A stretch of DNA of 64,000 bases from Eubacteriales bacterium (lineage in GTDB: Bacteria > Bacillota > Clostridia > Oscillospirales > UBA644). The translations under genes were made by a program, and so were the position numbers. The stretch covers positions 4,411 through 68,410 of the forward strand of contig JAZTWH010000011.1 in NCBI GenBank assembly GCA_045635765.1. Direction: 5' to 3'. The notes under the pieces are model-generated. The model was not told where the DNA came from. It saw nothing but the letters and a program-made list of their open reading frames with translations, and did no database searches. The first letter of the stretch is position 1, and the number at the start of each line of letters is the position of its first letter. Below are positions 1-9,885 of this stretch, piece after piece.

Positions 1-184
1 CGCCGTTCAGATCGTCGTTAAGACCCATTTTCGGGTCCACGAACAACGGTGCTGTCACCCGTCTCAGATGCAACGCCTGGCTCAGATGGCCGATGAAAAT
101 TTCCTTGATGCTTCCAATGGCGGTCTGGGTGTCGTACAGGTCCAGTTCCGCCCGGTAGTTTTCGGGGATGAAGGTCTTACTCAT
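1..184 (-). CDS. asnA: aspartate--ammonia ligase (asparagine synthetase A), N-terminal fragment running off the window edge
   Basis: Reverse-strand ATG at 182-184. My translation is MSKTFIPENYRAELDLYDTQTAIGSIKEIFIGHLSQALHLRRVTAPLFVDPKMGLNDDLNG, which fits the AsnA N-terminal pattern (..L.L.ET..AI..IK..F...L...L.L.RV.APLFV....GLNDDLNG). It is absent from the ORF track because it is truncated. Confidence 0.75.
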   Translation of the reverse strand, partial: MSKTFIPENYRAELDLYDTQTAIGSIKEIFIGHLSQALHLRRVTAPLFVDPKMGLNDDLNG

Positions 185-228
185 AACAAAAAGTCCTTTC
201 GGAGCGTTAATGCTTTTTATAATATTTT

Positions 229-258
229 ATTATACTCTAATACGGACACACTTGTCAA
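229..258 (-). promoter_or_regulatory. sigma-A type promoter for asnA (TTGACA-N18-TATAAT)
   Basis: Minus strand reads TTGACA (258-253), an 18-nt spacer, then TATAAT (234-229), about 45 nt upstream of the asnA ATG. Confidence 0.6.
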
Positions 259-425
259 CCCCGTGCTCCCAAAAGCCAAAAAAAATTCGGGAATTGTTCG
301 GATTTTCAAGGCAGAAGTATTTCATACTTTTCAGCCCACGGTGGATAGTTTTCAGAAAACGCCACGACACGGGCGAAGAAAAGGCACGGTCCACCGGGAA
401 ACGAGCCTTTTTCTGTTAAAACGGC

Positions 426-454
426 TTGACATTCTCTCTCACTTATGATAAAAT
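426..454 (+). promoter_or_regulatory. sigma-A type promoter (TTGACA-N17-TAAAAT) for the methyltransferase gene
   Basis: TTGACA at 426-431, 17-nt spacer, TAAAAT at 449-454. It lies inside the 445 ORF start, which argues for the ATG at 487 as the true start. Confidence 0.6.
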
Positions 455-486
455 ATAAATACTATAAAATGGGGGATTGTGGGCTT

Positions 487-1836
487 ATGAAGAAAAACGA
501 TCTGGTGACCGTGGAGATCACCGACATGACCTTTGACGGTGCCGGAATCGGGCACGTGGACCTTTCGGGCCGGCCCTTTCCTCTGTTCGTCCGTGCCGCC
601 GCCGTCGGAGACCTGGTCGAATGTCGGATCATCAAGGTTTTGAAGCATTACGCCGTGGCAATTCTGCATCGGATCGTCACTCCCTCTCCCCATCGAATTC
701 CTCCCGCTTGTCCCGTGGCGGAACGGTGCGGAGGCTGTGCCTTCCATCACGTGTCCTACGAGGCGGAATTGGGATACAAGACCAACGCCGTCCGCCAGGC
801 CTATAAGTTGAACTATCCCCACCCCATTTCCGTCAATCCCTGTGTCCCCTCCCCCGGACAGACCGCCTATCGGAATAAACTGCAGCTGCCCCTCTCTCCC
901 GACGGAAAATTCGGCTTTTATTCTCTCCATTCCCACCGGGTGGTCCCCACCTCCGACTGTTTCGCCGGCCACGGGGACTTTGCCCTCGTGGTGCGGGCGG
1001 TGGAGGAATGGATCCAAAAGAATTCCGTCTCCCCCTACGACGAGTCCACGGGCCGGGGCTTGGTCCGCCACCTGTTTCTCCGCCGGGGACATCACACGGG
1101 ACAGATCATGGTCTGCCTGACCGTCAACGCCGGATCCGTAACCCAAGTTCCCGCAATCCAAACTCTGACGGAAGCCCTGGGCCAATTCCCCGGGGTCAAG
1201 AGCCTTTGGCTCAATTTCAATCAAAAAAAGACCAACGTTATTTTCGGGGACCGGTTTCACCTGTTGTCCGGCACTGAACGGATCCTTGACACCATGAACG
1301 GCGTCAAGTTTGCCATCTCCCCCCGGTCCTTTTATCAGATCAACACCCCCCAGGCGGAAGCCATCTACACCGCCGCCGCCGACCACCTTTCCGCCGACGA
1401 CATTTTGTTGGATCTGTACTGCGGCATCGGCACCATCGGCCTCACCTGTGCCCACAAGGTCAAGGAAATCATCGGCATTGAGGTCATCCCCGAAGCCATA
1501 GAAGACGCCAAAGAAAACGCAAGGCTCAACGGCATCGAAAACGCACGATTCTTTGCCGCCGACGCGGCAAAAACCCTGGAGATCCTCCGCTCCCTCCCCC
1601 GCAGGCCCAACGCCGTCATTGACGACCCGCCCCGAAAGGGCCTGTCTGCCGACGCCGTGTCCGCCCTGAAAGAAATGGACCCCGAAAAAATAATCTATGT
1701 CAGTTGCAACCCCGCCACCCAGGCCAGAGACCTCGCCCTGCTCCGGGTCCGCTACACCCCCGGCCCCGTCACCCCCTACGACATGTTCCCCCGAACCGGC
1801 CACGTGGAGTCCGTCGTTTGCCTGACCCGAAAATAA
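487..1836 (+). CDS. 23S rRNA (uracil-5-)-methyltransferase, RumA/RlmD family (TRAM domain, Fe-S cysteines, SAM methyltransferase fold)
   Basis: ORF 445-1836. N-terminal TRAM-like region (DLVTVEITDMTFDGAGIGHV), Cys cluster CPVAERCGGCAFHH, and motifs FYQINT, LDLYCGIGTIGL, DPPRKG, YVSCNPATQARD. Start set at MKKNDL (487), which has a G-rich RBS and sits downstream of the promoter. Confidence 0.9.
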   Translation: MKKNDLVTVEITDMTFDGAGIGHVDLSGRPFPLFVRAAAVGDLVECRIIKVLKHYAVAILHRIVTPSPHRIPPACPVAERCGGCAFHHVSYEAELGYKTNAVRQAYKLNYPHPISVNPCVPSPGQTAYRNKLQLPLSPDGKFGFYSLHSHRVVPTSDCFAGHGDFALVVRAVEEWIQKNSVSPYDESTGRGLVRHLFLRRGHHTGQIMVCLTVNAGSVTQVPAIQTLTEALGQFPGVKSLWLNFNQKKTNVIFGDRFHLLSGTERILDTMNGVKFAISPRSFYQINTPQAEAIYTAAADHLSADDILLDLYCGIGTIGLTCAHKVKEIIGIEVIPEAIEDAKENARLNGIENARFFAADAAKTLEILRSLPRRPNAVIDDPPRKGLSADAVSALKEMDPEKIIYVSCNPATQARDLALLRVRYTPGPVTPYDMFPRTGHVESVVCLTRK

Positions 1837-2108
1837 TTGCTCTCCGGATTCGGAGTTTAAATCGAACCATCGAAAGTCGTTCCGACACAAAGGTCATTTT
1901 ATAACAATACAACACAACGTCGAAGAGAGCTGTGGGCGGAAGAAAAATCCATCCCCCTTGGCCTTGCCCTTCCCGTTGTGCCCGGCTTGGATGGAAGCAT
2001 CCGCCCCGTCCCACCCCCGTTCCGGGGAGGTCCGGGACGGCCATGACCGACGTTTTCCCTTGGGGCGGGGAAGAGAAATCTTGAAATAATGCGAAAGGAG
2101 TATGGGCC

Positions 2109-2420
2109 GTGTTAAGTGCCGATAATCTTGTGATCCTGGCCATTGCGTTGATCGTGTTGGGAGGGCAGACGGTCCTGTGTTTTTGGGTGCGAAGGTTTTG
2201 GGTCCGGCTGATTCCGGGGACGGTTTGCCTGTCCGGGGCCCTTCTGTTGGGGGGACTGGGCTGCGTGCTTGAGGGATGGGACGCCCTGGGGTGTTTTCTT
2301 TGCTCCCTTTTCGCCCTGGTCCTTGGAGTCCTTTGCGGTCTCCCTTGGGGAATTTGGGGAATCGCCCAAGGAATCGCGGCTATTTCCCGTAGAATAAAAA
2401 ATAGAAAAGAGAAAAAATGA
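2109..2420 (+). CDS. small hydrophobic membrane protein, function unknown
   Basis: GTG start 9 nt after AAAGGAG (2093-2099). Three predicted hydrophobic helices and a basic C-terminal tail (RRIKNRKEKK). No recognisable family. Confidence 0.45.
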   Translation: MLSADNLVILAIALIVLGGQTVLCFWVRRFWVRLIPGTVCLSGALLLGGLGCVLEGWDALGCFLCSLFALVLGVLCGLPWGIWGIAQGIAAISRRIKNRKEKK

Positions 2421-2432
2421 AGGAGTAAAACA

Positions 2433-3440
2433 ATGATGAAACGGTTCAAAGGGCTTAAGATTTTGGCCATGATTTTAGGGACGGTTTTGGTGTTTTTCTT
2501 GGTCATCAACCTGATTCCCCCGACTAAGGTGACTCAACAGAATCCCTTCGTGGTCGGCGATGGAGACCTGCCCATGGTGGCGGCTCACCGGGGTGGCGGA
2601 GCCTGTAACCCGGAAAACACCATGCTTGCCTTCCGGGAAGCGGTGAACACCTACCGGGTGGATATCATCGAAAGCGATCTGTACTTAACCAAGGACGGGT
2701 ATTTGGTCTACAATCACGATGCCTACATCGATGAGACCTGCAACGTCAACGGGGATCTGACCCTGGATCAGGTCAAGGCTCTGTGCGAGAAGGAAGAAAA
2801 CCGTCACTACATTTCCGACCTGACCCTGGCAGAGCTGGAGCAATACAATTTCGGGTATTATTTTGAACGGGACGGCCAGCGGATCTATAAGGACGTCACC
2901 GACGTTGCCGCCGCCGGTTTGCAGATTGCGACGGCAGATAAGCTGTTTGAAGAATTCTATCAGTCGAATTCCGATTTGTTGTTCATCGTGGAGATCAAAA
3001 ACAGCGGGGAACAGGGACTCGAAGCCTGCCGGATCCTCAACGAAGCCTTGGAGCCCTATCCCCAATACCGCAACCAAATCGTCATCGGCACCTTCCACCA
3101 AGAGGTGGAGCAGGAATTGAAGGAGAAATATCCCCATCTGATGCGGGGGGCCTCCGAGGCCTCTGCCGGGGATTTCATCAAGACCCTTCTGCTTGGGGTG
3201 AATCTCTTTGACGACAGTGATTTCGTTTGCCTGCAGATTCCTTTGACCTACGATGTGGGCTTTGATCTTCCCTTGACCCTAAAACCCATCGTAAGCCGTG
3301 CCCATCGGCGGAATATGGCGGTGCAGTACTGGACCATCAACGACGCCGACGATATGCGTAAACTCATCGACCTGAGATGCGACTGCATCATGACCGACAA
3401 CCCTCAATTGCTGCAGCAGGTGTTGGAGGAATACCGATAA
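2433..3440 (+). CDS. glycerophosphodiester phosphodiesterase (GDPD) family protein with N-terminal membrane anchor
   Basis: VAAHRGGGACNPENTMLAFREAV...IESDLYLTKDGYLVYNHD is the GDPD catalytic signature. An N-terminal hydrophobic segment is present. Confidence 0.85.
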   Translation: MMKRFKGLKILAMILGTVLVFFLVINLIPPTKVTQQNPFVVGDGDLPMVAAHRGGGACNPENTMLAFREAVNTYRVDIIESDLYLTKDGYLVYNHDAYIDETCNVNGDLTLDQVKALCEKEENRHYISDLTLAELEQYNFGYYFERDGQRIYKDVTDVAAAGLQIATADKLFEEFYQSNSDLLFIVEIKNSGEQGLEACRILNEALEPYPQYRNQIVIGTFHQEVEQELKEKYPHLMRGASEASAGDFIKTLLLGVNLFDDSDFVCLQIPLTYDVGFDLPLTLKPIVSRAHRRNMAVQYWTINDADDMRKLIDLRCDCIMTDNPQLLQQVLEEYR

Positions 3441-3456
3441 GAAACGAGATGAACGG

Positions 3457-4185
3457 ATGTTCTACGGAAAAATGAAAGCGGTGACCTTCAGCTACGACGA
3501 CGGCACCGTCCAGGATATTCGCCTGGCAGAGATGTTTCACAAATATGGATTGAAGGCCACCTTTAATCTTAATTCCGGATTGCTGGGCAAGCCCGGCCAG
3601 CTGATTCGGGAGGGCGTGGTGGTGGATCATACCAAAAATAATCCGGCGGATGTTCCTCATATTTACGCGGGGCATGAAATTGCCGGGCATACCCTGAAGC
3701 ATCCCCGCCTTCCCGAGATCGAAGACGATGTGGAAGTGATCCGCCAGGTGGAGGAGGACCGTCTGCGTTTGTCAGAGATCGCCGGCTATGAGGTGGTGGG
3801 CTTTGCGTACCCCTGCGGCGGCGTCAACAACGATGAACGGGTGGCGGAATTGATCCGTAAGCACACCGGAGTGCGTTACTGTCGGACCATTACCGGCAAT
3901 GATTCCTTTGATCTCCAATCAAACCTCTATCGGTTCAATCCCACGGTGCACCATCACCGGGATCCGGAAAAAATGCTTGCATTGGCAGAGAAATTTCTGT
4001 CTCTGAAGCCGGAGACCCCGCAGATTTTCTATATTTGGGGCCATGCCTTTGAGTTTGACGTGAAGGACAACTGGGGCTGGTTTGAAGAATTTTTGCAAAC
4101 TATCTCCGGCAAAGACGACGTTTTTTACGGCACCAATCGAGAGGTCCTGCTATGCCAGCCGGCACAGACAACTCCCAAGAAGTAG
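3457..4185 (+). CDS. polysaccharide deacetylase (NodB homology) family protein
   Basis: TFSYDDG...ATFNL...GHEIAGHTLKHP motifs are typical of CE4/NodB deacetylases. Confidence 0.8.
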   Translation: MFYGKMKAVTFSYDDGTVQDIRLAEMFHKYGLKATFNLNSGLLGKPGQLIREGVVVDHTKNNPADVPHIYAGHEIAGHTLKHPRLPEIEDDVEVIRQVEEDRLRLSEIAGYEVVGFAYPCGGVNNDERVAELIRKHTGVRYCRTITGNDSFDLQSNLYRFNPTVHHHRDPEKMLALAEKFLSLKPETPQIFYIWGHAFEFDVKDNWGWFEEFLQTISGKDDVFYGTNREVLLCQPAQTTPKK

Positions 4186-4347
4186 AGGGCCTTTTCGATC
4201 CCGCCGGGTCCTGCTATGCCAGCCGGCACAGACGATTTTTGAAAGAGGTTCTTCTCTTCCATGATTGGCCCTACCTTCAAGTATTCATAAATAACTGCCA
4301 AAAATGCGAAAATTCCTTGGTTGCTAAGAATCTTTCAGAAATAAGGG

Positions 4348-5085
4348 ATGACAATGATTTTAATGGATCTGCATGTTCATTCCTCCGGGATCAGCACTTG
4401 TTGCCGGATTTCGGGGGAGAAGGGGGTGGATTTTGCAAAGGAGAGGGGATTGGGCGGCTTTGTGCTGACCAATCACTACGTGGATAACTACGTGGGAGGC
4501 TCCCGGCACGGGACCTACGAGGAGCTGGCGTCCCATTACAGGGAGGAATACCGCCGGGTCCGGGATTACGGAACCAGGGTAGGATTTTCGGTCTTGTTCG
4601 GGATGGAGATCACGGCCGGCTGGGATCGGGACGTCCACCTTTTGGTCTACGGCGTTGACGAGCAGTTCGTGACGGAGCATCCGCGGGTGTGTCTGTATTC
4701 TGCCCGGGAGCTGTACGACGCAGTCTACGCCGCTGGCGGCATCCTGGTTCAGGCCCATCCCTATCGGAGAGCCCCTCGGTTGCAGGATCTTTCCCTTTTG
4801 GACGGGGTGGAGATTTCGTGCCATCCGAATCCCACGTTTGGGGGAAGCTTTGCCCTTCAGATGCTGGAGATCGCCCGGGAGAATGGAAAAATCCTCACCT
4901 GCGGCGGCGATTATCACGCTGACGTCCCCTACCGTCCTGGCTGTGGAGTTTTCCTCCCCGAAGGGGTCCGGGACGGGCCGTCGTTGGCCACGTATTTAAA
5001 GACCGCCCCCGAGCTGCAACTGCAGGTTCACGAGCCCGGCGGAGAAATTTTTTCTTTGAAATATTCCAGAAAGGATGTACGATAA
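4348..5085 (+). CDS. PHP-domain metal-dependent phosphoesterase
   Basis: N-terminal MDLHVHSS...TNHY and later QAHPYR / GGDYH His-rich motifs of the PHP fold. Confidence 0.7.
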   Translation: MTMILMDLHVHSSGISTCCRISGEKGVDFAKERGLGGFVLTNHYVDNYVGGSRHGTYEELASHYREEYRRVRDYGTRVGFSVLFGMEITAGWDRDVHLLVYGVDEQFVTEHPRVCLYSARELYDAVYAAGGILVQAHPYRRAPRLQDLSLLDGVEISCHPNPTFGGSFALQMLEIARENGKILTCGGDYHADVPYRPGCGVFLPEGVRDGPSLATYLKTAPELQLQVHEPGGEIFSLKYSRKDVR

Positions 5086-6408
5086 ATGGAACAAGTTATT
5101 TCTGCGGTGGAAAAATACCGCGACCTCATCTTGGAGGCAGAGCGTTATATCTGGAAGCATCCAGAGACCGGCTACAAGGAAGTCAAAACCTCCGCCTACA
5201 TGGCCGAGCAGTTTGAAAAATTGGGATATTCCCTCACCTATGCAGAGGGAATCCCCGGCTTTATTACCAGAATCGACACCGGTCGGCCCGGGCCGGAGGT
5301 CATGATTTTGGGGGAATTGGACTCCGTGGTGTGTCCTTCCCACCCCCAATCGGATCCGGAAACCGGGGCGGTCCACGCCTGCGGACACAACGCCCAATGT
5401 GCCGCCCTTCTGGGCATCGCCGCCGCATTGACTGAGCCGGGGATGCTGGACGGCCTTTCCGGGAGCATCCGCCTTTGTGCCGTTCCGGCGGAAGAGCTCT
5501 TGGAGATCACCTACCGTCAGCAGTTGATGGACCGGGGAATCATTAAATATTTCGGCGGTAAGGTGGAATTTTTGTACCGGGGACTGTTTGACGGGGTGGA
5601 CCTGGCGTTCATGGTCCATACGGCCGAGGTCTCTTATTTGCGAAAGGGTGCTGTGGGAATGATCGCCAAGAAGATCATTTACAAAGGAAAATCCGCCCAC
5701 GCGGGAAGCTCCCCCCATCAGGGCATCAACGCTCTTTACGCCGCTACCTGCGGTCTCAACGCCGTCAATGCGTTGCGGGAGACCTTCCGGGAACAGGATT
5801 TGATCCGGTTCCATCCCATCATCACCAAGGGTGGGGATATTGTAAACGCTATCCCCGAATCCGTAGAAATCGAGACCTACGTGCGGGGTGCCTCCTTTGA
5901 GGCTATTGAGAACGCCAGTCGCCGGATCAACCGGGCCCTGGCCGGAGCTGCTCTTTCGGTAGGCTGCAACGTGGAGATCATCGACGCTCCCGGATATGCC
6001 CCCGAACAGAATTCTCCCGAATTAAACGAGATCGCCGCCCAATCCGCAACGGCCGTCGGCCGTAGCTTCCGTTGCCTCGACATTATTGGAACCGGAAGTA
6101 CCGACATGGGCGACCTGTCCTGCATCATGCCCACGGTTCAACCCCATTTCGGCGGAGCTGTCGGCGACGCCCACGGAAATAATTTCTATATCGACGACCC
6201 GGGATATGCCTGTGTGGACAGTGCAAAAATGCAGTTGGCCATGCTTTTCCTCCTTTTGAAAGAGGATGCCCGGCGTGCCAAGGACGTCCTGGCCAACTTC
6301 AAGCCGGCCTTTTCCTCCAAAGAGGCATACCTGGCCTACGTGGACGCCCTCAACGTTTCCGGAGACCGCATCTGTTACGGGCAAGACTCCGCAACGGTCA
6401 AGATTTAA
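5086..6408 (+). CDS. M20-family amidohydrolase (AbgB / aminobenzoyl-glutamate-utilisation-like)
   Basis: WKHPETGYKE, ACGHNAQ, GKSAHAGSSPHQGINA and TGSTDMGD motifs of M20 metallohydrolases. Its start overlaps the preceding stop codon region. Confidence 0.8.
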   Translation: MEQVISAVEKYRDLILEAERYIWKHPETGYKEVKTSAYMAEQFEKLGYSLTYAEGIPGFITRIDTGRPGPEVMILGELDSVVCPSHPQSDPETGAVHACGHNAQCAALLGIAAALTEPGMLDGLSGSIRLCAVPAEELLEITYRQQLMDRGIIKYFGGKVEFLYRGLFDGVDLAFMVHTAEVSYLRKGAVGMIAKKIIYKGKSAHAGSSPHQGINALYAATCGLNAVNALRETFREQDLIRFHPIITKGGDIVNAIPESVEIETYVRGASFEAIENASRRINRALAGAALSVGCNVEIIDAPGYAPEQNSPELNEIAAQSATAVGRSFRCLDIIGTGSTDMGDLSCIMPTVQPHFGGAVGDAHGNNFYIDDPGYACVDSAKMQLAMLFLLLKEDARRAKDVLANFKPAFSSKEAYLAYVDALNVSGDRICYGQDSATVKI

Positions 6409-6527
6409 CTGCAAGATGACAGCCCGCGGGGAATCTTTCCCGACGGACAGGATGTAACCTGCAACATTTATGGCCCGCGGAGCATTGCCTTCGCACGGAA
6501 TGAAATCAGGAAAGAGAGTATTTTATT

Positions 6528-7073
6528 ATGTCGTTATCCGGTGCCGTTCACCATTTCAATACCATTACCCGGCACCGCCATCGGGTGATCGTCCATTGCT
6601 TTAAGGCAGGGATTCCCTGGCGGGGGCTGATGCACGATCTGTCCAAATATACTCCCACGGAATTTTCCGAAGGGGCGAAGCATTGGCTGGGGAACCGTTC
6701 TCCCAACGAAAAAGCCCGGAAGGAAACGGGATATTCCTTGGCTTGGCTTCACCATCAGGGGCGGAATCGGCATCATTTTGAGTATTGGTACGATTACAAT
6801 CCCGCCACGCATCAGCGGATGCCGGTAAAAATGCCCTTTGTCTTTGTTCTGGAGATGTTTTGCGACCGGGTGGCCGCCAGCAAGATCTATCAGGGAAAGG
6901 CATACACCGACCGCCATCCCTTGGATTATTTTATGCGGGCAAAATCCTACCGGGTCATCCATCCCGAAACCTCGGATCTGTTGGAGAGCTGGCTTGTAAT
7001 GCTCTCAGAACAGGGGGAAAAAGAGACCTTCCGCCATCTGCGTAATTTACGAAAACACCATCCCGAATATTGA
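6528..7073 (+). CDS. conserved hypothetical protein (DUF5662-like, His-rich)
   Basis: HFNTITRHRHRVIVHCFKAGIPWRGLMHDLSKYTPTEF...HH.GRN.HHFEYW pattern as I recall it for the DUF5662 family. No functional assignment. Confidence 0.55.
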   Translation: MSLSGAVHHFNTITRHRHRVIVHCFKAGIPWRGLMHDLSKYTPTEFSEGAKHWLGNRSPNEKARKETGYSLAWLHHQGRNRHHFEYWYDYNPATHQRMPVKMPFVFVLEMFCDRVAASKIYQGKAYTDRHPLDYFMRAKSYRVIHPETSDLLESWLVMLSEQGEKETFRHLRNLRKHHPEY

Positions 7074-7088
7074 GAGAGGGGAAATGAC

Positions 7089-8363
7089 ATGAACGTTGAA
7101 ACATTGCTCGATTTGATCCACCGTACTCCTACGGCCTGGCACGCGGCGGAGAAGGGGAAGGAGATGCTGTTGCAAGGGGGATATTCTCCCCTTCCTCAGG
7201 CGGGTGCCGTGGGCGGGGGAAATTGGTTCACCCTGCGAAACGGCTCGGCCCTCGTGGCCTTTCGGATCCCGGAAAAAACCGATTTTCGGACGGTCTGCTT
7301 CCGCATTACGGCGGCTCACGGGGATTCTCCCTGCTTCCGGCTGAAGCCCGACGGGACTCTGAAGGGCACCGTTACCCGTCTCAATACGGAATGTTACGGC
7401 GGGGGGATTCACTCTACCTGGATGGATGTGGGCCTGGGGCTGGCCGGCCGGGTCATGGTCCGTACCGACGGAGGAATTCAGGCGAAATTGCTGTATATTG
7501 ACCGGCCTGTGGCGGTGATTCCCAATACGGCACCCCACTTGCGGCCCATGAACGACGGATTGACCCTGGACCCAAAGGGGGACCTGATTCCCCTGTTTGC
7601 AGGAAGGGACGGGGATCTTAAGGAATTGTTGGCCGCAGAACTGTCGGAAGATCCCGACCGAATCCTGGGGTGGGATCTGTCCTTGGTGGACTGCAGTAAG
7701 GGCTTTACCTTCGGTCCCAAGGGAGAGTTTATGACCTCGCCCCGGCTGGACGATCTGGAATGTGTCTTTACTTGCCTGGACGGATTTTTGTCCGCAACGT
7801 GTCCCGAGAACGTGATCCCGGTCTTTGCCCTGTTCGATAACGAGGAGACAGGCTCTTTGTCCTATGCCGGTGCCGCCGGGACTCTGTTGAAGGATGCCTT
7901 GGCTCGGATCATTCCCGACCCGGACCTGCTTCGAGGGGCTCTTGCCCGGTCCTTCTTCCTTTCGGCGGACAATGCCCACGCCCTTCACCCCAACCATCCC
8001 GAACTGTACGACGGCCAAAACGCTCCCATAATGAACGGAGGCGTGGTGGTGAAATATAACGCCTCTCAGCGGTATATGTCCGACGGCTTTTCCGGGGCGG
8101 TCTTTACGGAAATCTGCAAAAAAGCCGGAGTCCCCTGCCAGGTCTTCTGCAATCGGTCCGACAAACGGGGCGGAAGCACCTTGGGGAATCTTTCCGAGGC
8201 TCAGGTCCCCGTCCGAGGCGTGGACGTGGGGGCGGCCCAGCTGGCCATGCACTCCGCACGGGAGACGGCAGGCAGCCTTGACGTGGAATACCTTTCCCGG
8301 GCCATGACCGCATTCTACGAGGCAGATTTCACCCTGTCCGACGACGGCGTTCGTTGGAATTAA
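7089..8363 (+). CDS. M18-family aminopeptidase (aspartyl aminopeptidase-like)
   Basis: AAHGDSPCFRLKP, SPRLDDLECVF, FDNEETGS and GSTLG motifs characteristic of M18 peptidases. Confidence 0.85.
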   Translation: MNVETLLDLIHRTPTAWHAAEKGKEMLLQGGYSPLPQAGAVGGGNWFTLRNGSALVAFRIPEKTDFRTVCFRITAAHGDSPCFRLKPDGTLKGTVTRLNTECYGGGIHSTWMDVGLGLAGRVMVRTDGGIQAKLLYIDRPVAVIPNTAPHLRPMNDGLTLDPKGDLIPLFAGRDGDLKELLAAELSEDPDRILGWDLSLVDCSKGFTFGPKGEFMTSPRLDDLECVFTCLDGFLSATCPENVIPVFALFDNEETGSLSYAGAAGTLLKDALARIIPDPDLLRGALARSFFLSADNAHALHPNHPELYDGQNAPIMNGGVVVKYNASQRYMSDGFSGAVFTEICKKAGVPCQVFCNRSDKRGGSTLGNLSEAQVPVRGVDVGAAQLAMHSARETAGSLDVEYLSRAMTAFYEADFTLSDDGVRWN

Positions 8364-8436
8364 CCCAAAGGCGGACCCCAAAAAATGCAAGCAACCCAAG
8401 ACCGAAAGTCAAACAATCAAGGAAGGCAATCCCGCG

Positions 8437-8612
8437 AATCAACGGAATTGTGTCAAGGGGTTGCTACCAGTCCATGGAATCAGAATCGTGCCAATTCGTG
8501 CATTGCAAAGCCCGTGGAATCAGAATCATGCCAGTTCAAGTATTGCAAAGTCCGTGGAATCAGAATCGTGTCAAGTCAAGTATTGCGATGAATTATTGAA
8601 ATCATGCCAATG
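8437..8612. repeat. tandem repeat array A, about 40-bp unit x 3 full copies plus flanking degenerate partial copies
   Basis: Units TCCATGGAATCAGAATCGTGCCAATTCGTGCATTGCAAAGC / CCGTGGAATCAGAATCATGCCAGTTCAAGTATTGCAAAG / TCCGTGGAATCAGAATCGTGTCAAGTCAAGTATTGCGATG, plus degenerate flanking copies. Located between the M18 and M29 peptidase genes. Confidence 0.85.
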
Positions 8613-8629
8613 AAGAGGAGAAAGCCGAA

Positions 8630-9877
8630 ATGAATAAAACCATGTTAAAAAAGTACGCCCGTCTGATTGTCCGGGTGGGGGCAAACGTTCCGCGGGGCAG
8701 CCGGGTGGTGGTCTATGCCGACGTGGAGCAGTCCGAGTTGGCCACGGAGGTGGTCCGGGATGCCTATCGGGCCGGGGCGTCCCACGTGGCGGTAGAATGG
8801 AGCCACGGGGAGATCACCCGGATGCATTATACCCATCGGATGACCGACGTTATGACTGAGATCCCCCGTTGGGAAAAGGAAAAAATGAAGGATTTGGCAG
8901 AACGGTTGCCCTGTCGCATTTTTATTGAGTCTTCTGACCCCGACCTTCTGCGGGGCATCAGCCAGGAGAAGATCCGGGCGGTCCAATCTGCCCGGGCCAA
9001 GGTTTTCAAGCCTTACCGGGACCAAATGGACAACCGTCACGCCTGGACCATTGCCGCTGCACCTTCCAAGGCGTGGGCCAAAAAGATCTTCCCCGATCTC
9101 ACCGCCGGGAAGGCCGTAGATAAGCTTTGGGATGCCATTTTGAAATCCGTCCACGTTACCGCCGACACCGATCCCGTGAAGGAATGGCAGAAGATCAACG
9201 ACGCCTTCCGGGCTAAATGCCGGTGGCTGAACGACAACGCCTTTACGGCCATGGAATATTCCTCCTCCAACGGGACCAATTTCTTTGTGGGCTTGATTCC
9301 CGGGGTCCAATGGCTTGGGGGTGGCGAGGAATTTTTGAACGGCCATTTCTTTAATCCAAACCTGCCTACGGAAGAAATTTTCACAACGCCCAAGGCCGGT
9401 GCGGCATCGGGAAAATTGGTCTCCACCAAACCCTTGTCCTACAACGGACAGTTGATTGAAAACTTCTCCATCACCTTTGAGCAGGGCAAAGCCGTTTCCT
9501 GGACGGCAGAACGGGGCCAGGCCATGTTGGACCAACTGCTGGGCATGGACGAAGGAGCAAAAATGCTGGGAGAGTTGGCCTTGGTTCCCAAAACTTCGCC
9601 CATCAATCAGTCCGGCATCCTGTTCTATAATACGCTTTTTGACGAGAACGCTTCCTGCCACGTGGCCCTGGGCTCCGGCTTTACCAACCTGTACCCGGGC
9701 TTTGACAAATTGACCCGTGCCGAGCTGACCGCCCGGGGGATCAATGATTCGCTGATTCACGTGGATTTTATGATCGGAGCCGACGATCTCTCGGTCACCG
9801 GAATTCGGGGCGACGGCACCCGAGTCAAGGTCTTTGAGCAGGGCGACTGGGCTCCCTCCATGCTGGAAGAACTGTAA
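8630..9877 (+). CDS. M29-family aminopeptidase (PepS / AmpS type)
   Basis: N-terminus MLKKYARLIVRVGANV and overall length and pattern (EELFTTP, HVALG, IHVDFMIG) typical of aminopeptidase S/T. RBS GAGGAG upstream. Confidence 0.9.
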   Translation: MNKTMLKKYARLIVRVGANVPRGSRVVVYADVEQSELATEVVRDAYRAGASHVAVEWSHGEITRMHYTHRMTDVMTEIPRWEKEKMKDLAERLPCRIFIESSDPDLLRGISQEKIRAVQSARAKVFKPYRDQMDNRHAWTIAAAPSKAWAKKIFPDLTAGKAVDKLWDAILKSVHVTADTDPVKEWQKINDAFRAKCRWLNDNAFTAMEYSSSNGTNFFVGLIPGVQWLGGGEEFLNGHFFNPNLPTEEIFTTPKAGAASGKLVSTKPLSYNGQLIENFSITFEQGKAVSWTAERGQAMLDQLLGMDEGAKMLGELALVPKTSPINQSGILFYNTLFDENASCHVALGSGFTNLYPGFDKLTRAELTARGINDSLIHVDFMIGADDLSVTGIRGDGTRVKVFEQGDWAPSMLEEL

Positions 9878-9885
9878 AGAATGAA

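Noticed and set aside
439-1890. Long antisense ORFs opposite real genes. Examples: 439-1890(-), 7047-8399(-), 8645-9979(-), 13535-15106(-), 17879-18982(+), 28596-30149(+), 34304-35395(-), 37198-38352(+), 42734-43867(+), 46177-47784(+), 57082-58026(-), 60342-61103(-).
   Set aside because: Their translations are low-complexity and rich in Gly/Arg/Pro/Val, with no recognisable motifs. The opposite strand in each case carries unambiguous family signatures. This is the typical stop-codon-poor antisense frame of GC-rich coding DNA.
1769-2509. 246-aa minus-strand ORF spanning the 1837-2432 region.
   Set aside because: Its translation is Pro/Arg-rich low complexity. It overlaps the better-supported plus-strand small membrane gene and the GDPD gene start, and it has no RBS.
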